Below are positions 9,460 to 18,923 of a stretch of 47,496 bases of DNA, one piece after another. The translations under genes were made by a program, and so were the position numbers. Source of the DNA: an archaeon (GTDB taxonomy: Archaea; B1Sed10-29; JAJSAI01); contig JAJSAI010000031.1 of assembly GCA_024274695.1 (NCBI GenBank), positions 1 through 47,496 on the forward strand, written 5' to 3'. Numbering within the stretch: position 1 is the stretch's first letter; each line of letters begins with the position of its first letter. A model generated the notes under the pieces. The model had not been told where the DNA came from, did not search any database, and was given only the letters and a program-made list of their open reading frames with translations.

Positions 9460-10205
9460 CGCTTTATGGTCTTGTGGGCTCCTGATAAGAGCTTTAGCCC
9501 AACACCCCTGTACTCTCCTTCCACGCTCACCCTCCTCTCCAGAATCTTCTTTTTCAGCCCCTCAAGATCACCAGCATCGGCTATTATCCTCCCCATCCCT
9601 ACCTGCTGGGGAACGTGAGCATCGCTTCCTGCGGTCACGGGCAAGCGTTCTCTCTCCGCGAACTCCCTCGCCCCCGCGTCAAACTCCGGGCTCCTTGAAT
9701 GGGAGTTGAAAGCCTCCACCGCGTCATAATAGCCCAAGAACTCTATCACCCTTTTCCCCATCCCGTACCGGTAGTGGTCAAAAGGGTGAGCGACCGAGAC
9801 AATTCCTCCCTGGCCCCTCACTTCATCGTACAAGTCCGGCAGGGCCCGTGACTTCACGGGTTCTGACAAGAACAAGCACAGCACGTGCCCCAGAAGATTT
9901 TCCTGTTCGTCCACCGCACTGACCTCAACTCCTGGAACGAACAGGATCCCTGTCTTCCTGCTCCACTCCCTGGCCTTCTCCCAAGCGCCGCACGAGTCAT
10001 GATCCGTGACCGCTATCGCGCCAACCCCTTTTTTTGCAGCCGCCTTGAACACGCTCTCCACACTAGCCAGGGAATCAGGCGAGTACCTGGTGTGCACGTG
10101 CAGGTCAGCTATCAAGCCCGCAGCCTCCTGGAAATTTCTTTCAGATCCAGGTTTTTTATCGATTCGTTTGTTTTGTTGAAGCATAAGTATATACTCGTAA
10201 TTCAA
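9447..10205 (-). CDS. PHP-domain metal-dependent phosphoesterase
   Basis: DLHVHTRYSPDS, AVTDHD, PGVEVS, AHPF, GSDAH motifs; start uncertain. Confidence 0.9.
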   Translation of the reverse strand: MNYEYILMLQQNKRIDKKPGSERNFQEAAGLIADLHVHTRYSPDSLASVESVFKAAAKKGVGAIAVTDHDSCGAWEKAREWSRKTGILFVPGVEVSAVDEQENLLGHVLCLFLSEPVKSRALPDLYDEVRGQGGIVSVAHPFDHYRYGMGKRVIEFLGYYDAVEAFNSHSRSPEFDAGAREFAERERLPVTAGSDAHVPQQVGMGRIIADAGDLEGLKKKILERRVSVEGEYRGVGLKLLSGAHKTIKRFWH

Positions 10206-10209
10206 CTAT

Positions 10210-11088
10210 CTAAATATCTCCTTCTCTCTTGAGCTCCCGCACCTTTTCCAGGGTGTCAACCTGCTTGTACCCCAAGTCCCTAACCCCTTCTCTTGTTTCC
10301 AGGAGCCTGTCCGCGAACAGGTTCCTCGCGAACGCGGGGGTGATCGGAGGATTCCTACCGGCAGCTTTCCACGCTGCCTGCGCAGGGTATCCTGTTAGCA
10401 CGAGGGGCCAGGAGAACGCCCTCGGGAGCACGAGCACTGGCCTCGGCCTGGCGAGCTCCCTGTAAAAGTCTCTTGCTCTGACAGGGCTCTTGTCCCCGAC
10501 CTCGTAAACCTTGTTCTTCCCTTTTTCCAGCGCGTTGGCCAGGGCTTCTGCCACGCTGTGCTTCCAGGACAAGTGCAGCACCTGGCTCCCGCAGGGTATG
10601 GGAAGCCACGTGAGCCGTTTTATCCTCCTGAGCACGCTGGCGTCATAAACCAATGCGGGCCTTATTACAGGGGCCTTGAGCCCCTGCTCCCACGCGCTCA
10701 TTACAATCCGTTCGCACTCCTTCTTGGCCTTGGAGTACGGTGTTTCGTGGGGCAGTTTGACCGCCGCGCTGCTCGCGTGCACGAACACGCGCACCCCTTC
10801 TTCCAGCACCGCTTTAATCAGGTTTTCTGTGCCCTTCACCGTCACCCTGTGGTGTTCCTTGTACGGCCTGTTGTGGCCCTTGAGCTTTGCCAGATGGACC
10901 ACCGCGTCAACACCCTCGACCGCCCTCCTGGCATCCTCTGGGTCCGCAAAGTTCCCCTGCACCACCTCGCACCCGGGAACGTTCACACGCTGTCTGGACA
11001 ATACTCTGACAGAGTATCCTCTTTCCAGAAGGATCGGGATCAGTTCCCTTCCCAGGAACCCAGTGCCGCCGGTAACGAGGACAACCAT
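10210..11088 (-). CDS. NAD-dependent epimerase/dehydratase (SDR)
   Basis: TGGTGFLG, VVHLA, YSKAK (YxxxK). Confidence 0.9.
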   Translation of the reverse strand: MVVLVTGGTGFLGRELIPILLERGYSVRVLSRQRVNVPGCEVVQGNFADPEDARRAVEGVDAVVHLAKLKGHNRPYKEHHRVTVKGTENLIKAVLEEGVRVFVHASSAAVKLPHETPYSKAKKECERIVMSAWEQGLKAPVIRPALVYDASVLRRIKRLTWLPIPCGSQVLHLSWKHSVAEALANALEKGKNKVYEVGDKSPVRARDFYRELARPRPVLVLPRAFSWPLVLTGYPAQAAWKAAGRNPPITPAFARNLFADRLLETREGVRDLGYKQVDTLEKVRELKREGDI

Positions 11089-11377
11089 GCCCCTTTTCCG
11101 TCCAGAATTATATTAAAAACTATCCAAAACTTATATAATTCCATACCACTTAAAATACCAATCGTATGAAATACAAAGCACATGATCTTGCCTATTCCTG
11201 TACCTCCTGCGGAGAAAATAGGAGAAAAAATAAAGGTACGGGGTTCAGGTCCGTTTCGGGAGTATGTTACTTTTATACCTCAGAGATCCAATATAAATAC
11301 TGATAAACTGAATGAAAAGTAAAATTTGATCAAAAAATTAATTATATATAGATTATTTCAAATGAGGGTGCGCTGGT

Positions 11378-12178
11378 ATGGATCGTTTGGACTATCTTGA
11401 GAACCAGAGTATATACATCATCAGAGAGGCTTACAGGCAGTTCCGGGATATCGGGCTTCTCTGGAGTATTGGGAAGGATTCTACGACTCTGCTGTGGCTT
11501 ACTCGGAAGGCCTTTTATGGGAAGATCCCTTTTCCTGTGATTCATATTGATACAAGTTACAAGTTCGAGGAAATCTATGAGTTCAGGGACAAGTGGGCTA
11601 GAGAATGGGGCCTTACCCTTATAGTGGGCAGGAACGAGAAGGCCATAAAAGAGGGAATGGGCCCCGAGAAAGGTGCTCTCTTGTGTTGCACAGAGCTTAA
11701 GACGAACGCATTAAAGCAGGTTATAGAGCGGTACAAGTTCAAGGCTCTTCTCCTTGGGATCAGAAGAGACGAGCACGGAATCAGGGCCAAGGAGAGGGTT
11801 TTCTCTCCGAGGGACAGGAACTTCAGGTGGAATTATAAGGACCAGCCTCCAGAACTCTGGGACCAGTACAAGTCCAAGCAGGCTGAAGAACAGCACATAA
11901 GAGTTCACCCCCTCCTGCACTGGACTGAGTTGGATATCTGGAGGTACTGCAAGCGTGAAGGCATTCCTATTGTCAGCCTGTATTTTGCTAAGAATGGAAT
12001 GAGGTACAGGAGCATAGGCTGTAAACCGTGTTGCCGTCCCATCCAGTCAAACGCATCCACAGTAGACGAGATAATCGAAGAACTCATGACGACCAAGACC
12101 TCGGAGAGGAGCGGCAGGGCTCAGGACAAAGAGCAAGCGTACATGATGCAGAAGCTTAGAGCCCTGGGTTACATGTGA
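11378..12178 (+). CDS. cysD: Sulfate adenylyltransferase subunit 2
   Basis: LENQSIYIIREA, WSIGKDS, GIRRDE, RAKERVFS, RVHPLLHWTELDIWRY, YRSIGC, SERSGRAQD; followed by cysN. Confidence 0.92.
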   Translation: MDRLDYLENQSIYIIREAYRQFRDIGLLWSIGKDSTTLLWLTRKAFYGKIPFPVIHIDTSYKFEEIYEFRDKWAREWGLTLIVGRNEKAIKEGMGPEKGALLCCTELKTNALKQVIERYKFKALLLGIRRDEHGIRAKERVFSPRDRNFRWNYKDQPPELWDQYKSKQAEEQHIRVHPLLHWTELDIWRYCKREGIPIVSLYFAKNGMRYRSIGCKPCCRPIQSNASTVDEIIEELMTTKTSERSGRAQDKEQAYMMQKLRALGYM

Positions 12179-12192
12179 AGATGGTGATGATA

Positions 12193-13440
12193 ATGGGCAA
12201 GGAACAGCTGAGTTTCGTGGTTGTAGGGCACGTGGACCACGGGAAGTCCACATTGATAGGCCGACTATTATATGATACTGATAGTCTTCCGAAGGAGAAA
12301 ATAGAAGAAGTAAAGTCAGTGTGCGCTGCCCTGGGAAAGGAGTTCGAGTTCGCGTACATTCTGGACCATCTGGAAGAAGAGAGAAAACAGGGCATAACCA
12401 TTGACATTGCTCACATCTTCTTCAAGACGGATAAGAGGGAGTACCTTATCATAGATGCTCCTGGTCACAGGGAGTTTACCAAGAACATGATTACAGGAGC
12501 ATCTCATGCAGAGGCTGCTGTTCTAATCGTTGATGCTACAGAAGGCGTTCAGGAGCAGACAAGAAGACACGCGTACATCCTCAAGCTACTTGGCCTCGAG
12601 CAAGTGGTGGTCGTGATAAACAAGATGGATGCAGTAGAATACTCAAAAGAAAGGTTTGAAGAAGTGCTTTCCGAGGTGGCCTCTCTTTTTGATACTCTTG
12701 GAATCAAGCCAGCGTACGTGATACCCATTTCCGCCAAGGAAGGGGATAATGTTGCAGAACACTCCTCCAAAATGCCATGGTATTCAGGGCCGACGATCTT
12801 AGAAGCCTTGGACACGTTCCGTCCCGCTAAAGAAAGGGACGACATGCCCTTCAGAATGGCAGTCCAGGACGTTTATAACATTGACGGTAAGAGAATAATT
12901 GTGGGAAGGGTGGAGTCAGGCACTGTTTCAGAAGGGGATTCAGTGAAGGTCCTGCCGTCAGGAGAGGTAACACGCGTGGCCAGCATTGAAAAATTTTTAG
13001 ACCCTGACAAGAAGAAAGCATTTTCAGGAGAGAGCATAGGGATTACAACACAGGACAAACTGTTCTTGGACAGAGGCTACATTCTATGCGATCCTGACGA
13101 CACTCCCAAGATGGTTAGAAAGATCCAGGCAAGCCTGTTCTGGATGAGCAAAGAACCCCTGAAGAAGGGAGAGACTGTCCAGTTTAAGTGCAGCACGCAG
13201 GAAGTCCCGTGCATGATAGAGAAAATAGAAAAAAGAATGGACTCCAGTACCCTGGAGGTTTTGGAGGAAGATGCTGAAAAACTGAATAATAGAGAAGTGG
13301 GGGAGGTTATCCTCTCTTTTGAAGACCCTGTTATAGTGGAAGACTTTAACAAAACTCCCTCCTTGGGAAAGTTCGTGATAGAAAAAGGCTATGATATTTC
13401 AGGAGGGGGAATAATAACTCACATGAGCGAGGGAGAGTAA
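12193..13440 (+). CDS. cysN: Sulfate adenylyltransferase subunit 1 (GTPase), no fused APS kinase
   Basis: GHVDHGKSTLIGRLLYDT, QGITIDIA, DAPGH, NMITGAS, QTRRH, NKMD, ISAKEGDNV; start after GGTGA. Confidence 0.92.
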   Translation: MGKEQLSFVVVGHVDHGKSTLIGRLLYDTDSLPKEKIEEVKSVCAALGKEFEFAYILDHLEEERKQGITIDIAHIFFKTDKREYLIIDAPGHREFTKNMITGASHAEAAVLIVDATEGVQEQTRRHAYILKLLGLEQVVVVINKMDAVEYSKERFEEVLSEVASLFDTLGIKPAYVIPISAKEGDNVAEHSSKMPWYSGPTILEALDTFRPAKERDDMPFRMAVQDVYNIDGKRIIVGRVESGTVSEGDSVKVLPSGEVTRVASIEKFLDPDKKKAFSGESIGITTQDKLFLDRGYILCDPDDTPKMVRKIQASLFWMSKEPLKKGETVQFKCSTQEVPCMIEKIEKRMDSSTLEVLEEDAEKLNNREVGEVILSFEDPVIVEDFNKTPSLGKFVIEKGYDISGGGIITHMSEGE

Positions 13441-13443
13441 AAA

Positions 13444-14154
13444 ATGATAACAGTAATCGCGATAGACGCTTTAGAGTATGCTCTTGTTCAAGAGTTTGAT
13501 ATGAAAAACCTCAAGCAAGAGTACTACGGGAAGACCGACATTTCAGAGTTTTCCCAGCCCAGAACAATGGTCCTATGGAGTTCCTTCATGACCGGAAAAA
13601 ACATGGAAGAGGAAATCCTGGCAAAAGGGGACAAAGAGATGTGGAACACCAGAATACCCCTTGAAGATACTTTCTTCTCCAAGTTTGACAATCCAGTGGT
13701 TATAGACCTGCCCGGTTACAACTATGATCTGGAACAGCACAAGAGAGAAAGAGAAATAATGAAACAATTCTTCAGCACCGAGGACCCTGAGGAAAAGAAC
13801 AAAATAAGAACGGAGTACAACAACCTCTCCTTCGAGCATCACAGAACCGTTAAAGAAAAATTTCTTAAGGCACTGGAAGAAGACCACGACTTTGTCTTAG
13901 GATATTTCAGCGTAGCGGACGTTATCGGCCACCTTAACTTCGGGAACAAACTGCTCATGAAAATGATATACAGGGACCTTGACGATATAGCCTCCAAAGC
14001 AAAAGGTGACGTGATCATTCTATCTGATCATGGCATGAAACCTGTTGGAATGTTCGGAGACCACTCCGAGTACGGTTTTTGGAGTACGAATTTTAAAGAC
14101 CTTGGTACCCCGCGGATTACGGATTTCGCAAAGGTTATCCGTGAGATAGCATAA
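13444..14154 (+). CDS. Short alkaline phosphatase superfamily protein
   Basis: IAIDAL, TMVLWSSFMTG, DVIGH, ILSDHG, DHS motifs. Confidence 0.75.
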   Translation: MITVIAIDALEYALVQEFDMKNLKQEYYGKTDISEFSQPRTMVLWSSFMTGKNMEEEILAKGDKEMWNTRIPLEDTFFSKFDNPVVIDLPGYNYDLEQHKREREIMKQFFSTEDPEEKNKIRTEYNNLSFEHHRTVKEKFLKALEEDHDFVLGYFSVADVIGHLNFGNKLLMKMIYRDLDDIASKAKGDVIILSDHGMKPVGMFGDHSEYGFWSTNFKDLGTPRITDFAKVIREIA

Positions 14155-14180
14155 TGTGGTGTTTCAATGGACAACGAAGA

Positions 14181-14387
14181 TTACTCCATGTACCCTAAAT
14201 CTATTAGTCTTTTCTTTATTTCTTCCTCATCCTCTTTATTCCAGTGAAATTCTCCTTTTTCTTCTGGAAGCACTGTTTCGATTATGTACGCAAGATATTC
14301 TTCGATGCTTTCGAATCCTGTTTTCGGAAGGTATTCCCTTAGCTTTTCAATGAGAGGTTTTGGAAGTAAAACAGCTTCTTTTTCCAT
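14181..14387 (-). CDS. Small RHH/CopG-like protein with C-terminal RLxxLGY motif
   Basis: AVLLPKPLIEKL...GFESIEEYLAYII (RHH-like) and EEEIKKRLIDLGYME. Confidence 0.7.
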   Translation of the reverse strand: MEKEAVLLPKPLIEKLREYLPKTGFESIEEYLAYIIETVLPEEKGEFHWNKEDEEEIKKRLIDLGYME

Positions 14388-15987
14388 CAGTATTCATCCT
14401 CCTTAATATTTTTTTAATACGCTCTTTTTCAAAATCTTTTCTTGTGATATATCTCAAGGGGTGCTGGTTAATGAAACATTCTTTTAAGGGTCTGCCATCA
14501 AAATCGGTTAATAAGGGTATATTAAATATGTATAGTATTGTGGGAAGAATATCTATTATTTTAGCAGTTCCGGGTTTTACACCCTTTTTGATGTTAGGCC
14601 CAGTTATAATAAGCACACCGTACTTTGAATGGGTCCCTGCTTTTTTTGGTGTAGAGAATATTTCCCCTCTTCTGAAGGTTTCTATAGGGATTATTGTCTC
14701 ATTCTCCAGTTCTATTGTTATGTCTGCTGCATTTTCTGTATGCGGCCCATTGTAGAGCTCATCTTTTGTGTAAACTCTTTTGATCAGATTTTTCCCGGTA
14801 AGCGGATCCGTAATTTTGTACAATTTTTCTGTTATTTCTTTTATCAATTTGTGATAGTCCTTTTCATTTATTTTTCCATTAGGCTGTCTGTTTTTAAGAT
14901 TTAGATATATACGTCCCCAGCATCCATGCGCCCAGGCTTTTGTTTTGTTCCAGTCAATATCCCAGTTTCTGACTTCATGAGAGGGTACACTCTTTTTAAC
15001 TATTGAAGGCAGACTGTATGCCCACTTCTCTTTGCCTATTTGTATTGCTATTTTTAGTAGTGTTTCTTTTGAGAATCCTAATTTCATCAAAACAGTCTTA
15101 ATTGCACGTTTGATTAATCTCTCTTCTTTTAAACGGAGATAACCTTCTTTTTTCAGCCAGTTGTTGACTAGAAACTCTTTGTACAGAGGGCATGAACCAT
15201 GATCTGACATTATGATAACATAAGTATTAGAGAGATCAACTTGTTCTAGGATTTTGCCGATCGCAGCGTCTACATCAGTATATATTCGTTCAAAGATTTT
15301 ACCATACTTATCACTTTTTTCTTGAGAGTACTTTGGGTGATTTGGATCAACACAGTCCCAAAAGATATGAGGAACGCTATCCGTGATAGTAAATACTGTG
15401 AACAAGAAATCCCAAGGATATTTTTTCATTAAATAGATCATTGTGTCAAGCTGTATCCTTAGTAGACGTTTTTCTTCCTTAATCCTAAGGTCCCTGTTTT
15501 CTCGTGTTTTGTCCTCAAGAGAGATCTTATAACCTCTTTTCCTAAGTTCCTCGCTAAGCTCAGGAGGATAAGTGTATACTCCCTTCAGCGAGGGAGTGCC
15601 TATGCCTGCTACCATAAACCCGTTGACAGGTTCAGGAGGATATGTTACATATGGAATATTTAGTATACCTGTTCTGTAGCCTTCTCTGTTAAGAATCTCC
15701 CATACTGCCTCTGCATCCCTCTGGTTTGAGCTAATTAACTCAGGATGATACGTGTGAAGAGGAGGCTTAGTAAAATCAAAGATACCATGTTTTCCTGCAT
15801 TCTTCCCAGTTATGGCAGACGTCCATGCTATAGGTGTTATCGGGGGAACTGTGCTCTCTAGAACATATTTTGCCCCTTGTTCTATGAGTCTCTTTAGATT
15901 AGGTAATCTTCCTTTCTTTATTAAAGGATCTATAATTCTGTAATCTGCGCCGTCTAATCCTATTACAATCACTTTGGTGTCTTCCAT
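14347..15987 (-). CDS. AlkP superfamily protein (nucleotide pyrophosphatase/phosphodiesterase-like)
   Basis: VIGLDGA, STVPPITPIAWTSAITGKNAGKHGIFDF, DSVPH, MSDHG, GTH, IDILPTIL. Confidence 0.88.
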   Translation of the reverse strand: MEDTKVIVIGLDGADYRIIDPLIKKGRLPNLKRLIEQGAKYVLESTVPPITPIAWTSAITGKNAGKHGIFDFTKPPLHTYHPELISSNQRDAEAVWEILNREGYRTGILNIPYVTYPPEPVNGFMVAGIGTPSLKGVYTYPPELSEELRKRGYKISLEDKTRENRDLRIKEEKRLLRIQLDTMIYLMKKYPWDFLFTVFTITDSVPHIFWDCVDPNHPKYSQEKSDKYGKIFERIYTDVDAAIGKILEQVDLSNTYVIIMSDHGSCPLYKEFLVNNWLKKEGYLRLKEERLIKRAIKTVLMKLGFSKETLLKIAIQIGKEKWAYSLPSIVKKSVPSHEVRNWDIDWNKTKAWAHGCWGRIYLNLKNRQPNGKINEKDYHKLIKEITEKLYKITDPLTGKNLIKRVYTKDELYNGPHTENAADITIELENETIIPIETFRRGEIFSTPKKAGTHSKYGVLIITGPNIKKGVKPGTAKIIDILPTILYIFNIPLLTDFDGRPLKECFINQHPLRYITRKDFEKERIKKILRRMNTDGKRSCFTSKTSH

Positions 15988-15996
15988 TTTGAGAAA

Positions 15997-16593
15997 TCAC
16001 CTTCTTTTTAGTATTATATTCTTTGATCTGGTTACTATTATACTATTCTTCGGGACGTTCTCTTTAATAACCGAACCGGCACCGACAACCACTCCTCCTT
16101 CTAACCTAGAACCTCTTAAAATTTTCACTCCAGCGCCGAGCCAGCAGTCACTGCCAATTATGACTTCTCCGGTTCTGAAACCTTGTTTTCTTATGGGTAT
16201 CTCTTTGCTTGAGTATTCATGATCTGCGTCGGTTATTACGCAATGCGGGCCAATTAATGTATTATCCCCTATGACTATCCTTCCATGCGAGCTTATAAAA
16301 GAGTAAGGTCCTATGTGTACCTTTCTTCCGATTCTGATCTCTTTACAGTCATACATCCCTGCATGAATGGTGACGCCATCAGCGATGTCTGTCATGTCTC
16401 CTATGTACACCTTTCGCGTGTCTCCTTTGAACGTAACATTTCGGCCTATTTTCACATTTTTGCCGAAATATCCCCAGGGCCTTGATATCTTGTACCATCT
16501 TGAACGCGCTCGCTCGCAGAGTTCTTCTCCGGCCCGTAGAACCACGACTCTTGGCCCTCTTTCTTTAAGTTTCTTCAGAACTCTGAACAGCAC
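15997..16593 (-). CDS. Hexapeptide-repeat O-acyltransferase
   Basis: Left-handed beta-helix repeats; DADH, IGSDCWLGAGV, VVGAGSVI. Confidence 0.88.
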   Translation of the reverse strand: MLFRVLKKLKERGPRVVVLRAGEELCERARSRWYKISRPWGYFGKNVKIGRNVTFKGDTRKVYIGDMTDIADGVTIHAGMYDCKEIRIGRKVHIGPYSFISSHGRIVIGDNTLIGPHCVITDADHEYSSKEIPIRKQGFRTGEVIIGSDCWLGAGVKILRGSRLEGGVVVGAGSVIKENVPKNSIIVTRSKNIILKRR

Positions 16594-16651
16594 GCCGTAA
16601 TATATGGAATAACCCTTTTATAATGTTTCGCGTTAATATTTGTGGATGGCT

Positions 16652-17950
16652 ATGAAGATATCAGTGGTGGGCACAGGGTATGTGGGTGCAGTCACTGGTG
16701 CTACTTTCGCTGAGGTGTGTGGCCACAGCGTGCTTTTTGTTGATGTGATAAAAGACAAAGTGGATAAGATTCGTTCTGGAAAAGCTCCATTTTATGAGCC
16801 TGGTCTGGACGAACTTCTTTCCAAAAACAGGGACAAGTTACATGCTACTACTGACTTCTCTGAAGTAAGAGATTCTGACGCAATCTTTTTGTGTGTTGGG
16901 ACACCTCCTAGCCCAGATGGTTCGGTTGATTTATCCCAGGTTTTTTCTGCGGTAGGTTGCATTCTTCCGTATATTCAGGATGGAAAGTTCAGAGTGATTG
17001 TCACCAAGAGCACTGTGCCTCCTACAACTGGAGAAAAAGTAATAAAAAGGTTGGAGCAAAAGGGTTTAGTTCTTGGGAGAGATTTTGGTTACGCGTCTAA
17101 TCCTGAGTTTCTTAGAGAGGGAAATGCTGTCCATGATAGTCTGCATCCTGATAGAATAGTTGTAGGATGTGCTGATAAAAAGACCGAAGATGTGATGAAA
17201 AAAATATACTCTTCTTTTCAGTGTACCAAGATCTTTACTGACGTGAGAACGGCGGAGATGATAAAGTACACTGCAAACGCTTTACTTGCAACAAAAATTT
17301 CATTTGCTAATGAAATAGCGCGTTTATGCAGTCGTTTAGGTGTGGATGTGTATCATGTGATGGATGCGGTAGCTTTAGATCATAGGGTAAATAGAGAATT
17401 CCTTAATGCAGGACTGGGGTTCGGAGGAAGTTGTTTCCCAAAGGATGTTAAAGGCTTGATTTCTTTGTTTGAAAATATGAATATACCCACAAACTTGCTT
17501 TCCAGTGTGTTGGACGTTAACGAGTCACAGCCTCTTTTTGGGATAAATATCCTGAAGGAATCACTCGGAGGCTTGTCCAGGAGAACGGTTGGTGTGATTG
17601 GGTTGTCCTTCAAGGAGAACACTGATGATGTAAGAGAGACCCGTGCCTACCCGCTCATAAAAGGGATTTTATCAGAAGGTGCGAGAGTTGTAGTATATGA
17701 TCCTCTTGCAAGCGAGAACTTCGTTAACGAGTATCCCGATGTTGGTCAGAAGATAGTGCTGGCTAAATCCTTAAGAGACGCAATTGACTCTTCTGATGCA
17801 ATAGTAATACACACAGCCTGGGATGAGGTTAAAAGATTATCCCCGAACAGTTTCAAAGAGGGACAGGTTATTCTTGACGGCCGGAGAGCTCTGGACGTGG
17901 AGAAATTTAAAAATTCTGATAAGGTAACATACGTAGGGATAGGTTGGTAA
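16652..17950 (+). CDS. ugd: UDP-glucose 6-dehydrogenase family
   Basis: GTGYVG, CVGTP, KSTVPP, SNPEFLREG, GFGGSCFPKD, FKENTDDVRE. Confidence 0.92.
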   Translation: MKISVVGTGYVGAVTGATFAEVCGHSVLFVDVIKDKVDKIRSGKAPFYEPGLDELLSKNRDKLHATTDFSEVRDSDAIFLCVGTPPSPDGSVDLSQVFSAVGCILPYIQDGKFRVIVTKSTVPPTTGEKVIKRLEQKGLVLGRDFGYASNPEFLREGNAVHDSLHPDRIVVGCADKKTEDVMKKIYSSFQCTKIFTDVRTAEMIKYTANALLATKISFANEIARLCSRLGVDVYHVMDAVALDHRVNREFLNAGLGFGGSCFPKDVKGLISLFENMNIPTNLLSSVLDVNESQPLFGINILKESLGGLSRRTVGVIGLSFKENTDDVRETRAYPLIKGILSEGARVVVYDPLASENFVNEYPDVGQKIVLAKSLRDAIDSSDAIVIHTAWDEVKRLSPNSFKEGQVILDGRRALDVEKFKNSDKVTYVGIGW

Positions 17951-17963
17951 GCTGGCGAAGGAT

Positions 17964-18923
17964 ATGAAAGTGCTTGTTACAGGAGCAGCAGGGTTTATCG
18001 GCAGTCACTTGACCGAAGCTTTGATACAGAGAGGTCATGACGTAGTTGGAGTGGACTGCTTTGATGAGTTTTTGTACCCGGCAGAATTCAAGCGCAGGAA
18101 CCTTTCAGAAGTCGAGAAAGCCACTGGTGCTAGCCCTAAGAGAATCCGGGAGAACATCCTTTCGCCCAAGATCAAAGACATACTAGATGAAGGATCTTTT
18201 GACATCATTGTGCACCTTGCTGCCCGCGCTGGAGTCAGAGCATCTTTAAAGGATCCGCTGTCATATTCCGATTACAACATAAAAGGGACAATAAACTTGT
18301 TGGAAGCAGCGGTCCATTCAGGTGTTAAGCACTTTGTTTTTGGTTCATCTTCCTCTGTTTATGGGGCCACGCGACAGATCCCATTTTCTGAAAATGATCC
18401 CGTAGATAAACCACTCTCAGTGTACGCTGCGTCAAAGAGGTCAGGAGAATTAGTGTGCCACGCATATCATAGGATATATGGCTTGAGCGTGAACTGTCTT
18501 AGATTTTTCACGGTTTATGGTCCAAGGCAGCGGCCGGATATGGCCATTCATAAGTTCACTCAGGCAATAGATCGGGGTATGCCAATAACCATTTATGGGG
18601 ATGGGACTTCAAAGAGAGATTACACCTATGTGACGGACATAGTGCAGGGCATTCTTGGTGCTATGAAGTATCGTAACAGGTTTGACGTTTTTAACCTCGG
18701 GAACTCACGGACTGTAGAACTTAAATATTTAATATTTCTTCTTGAGAGAGAGCTGGGCAAAAATGCTAATGTTAAGTATGAGGAGTGGCCTGAGACAGAT
18801 CCTCTAGTCACATGTGCAGACATTTCTAAGGCTCGTCGACTCCTCGGTTATGATCCGCAGATAAGTATTGAGGAAGGTGTTCATAATTTTGTAAAATGGT
18901 ATAAGGACGTGAGGAGGGTATGA
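17964..18923 (+). CDS. UDP-glucuronate 4-epimerase-like SDR
   Basis: TGAAGFIG, HLAARAGVRASL, SSSSVYG, YAASK, RFFTVYGPRQRPDMA. Confidence 0.85.
   Translation: MKVLVTGAAGFIGSHLTEALIQRGHDVVGVDCFDEFLYPAEFKRRNLSEVEKATGASPKRIRENILSPKIKDILDEGSFDIIVHLAARAGVRASLKDPLSYSDYNIKGTINLLEAAVHSGVKHFVFGSSSSVYGATRQIPFSENDPVDKPLSVYAASKRSGELVCHAYHRIYGLSVNCLRFFTVYGPRQRPDMAIHKFTQAIDRGMPITIYGDGTSKRDYTYVTDIVQGILGAMKYRNRFDVFNLGNSRTVELKYLIFLLERELGKNANVKYEEWPETDPLVTCADISKARRLLGYDPQISIEEGVHNFVKWYKDVRRV

Noticed and set aside
12193-13440. Elongation factor EF-1alpha or SelB
   Set aside because: GRLLYDT and QTRRH motifs and the position directly after cysD identify it as CysN.
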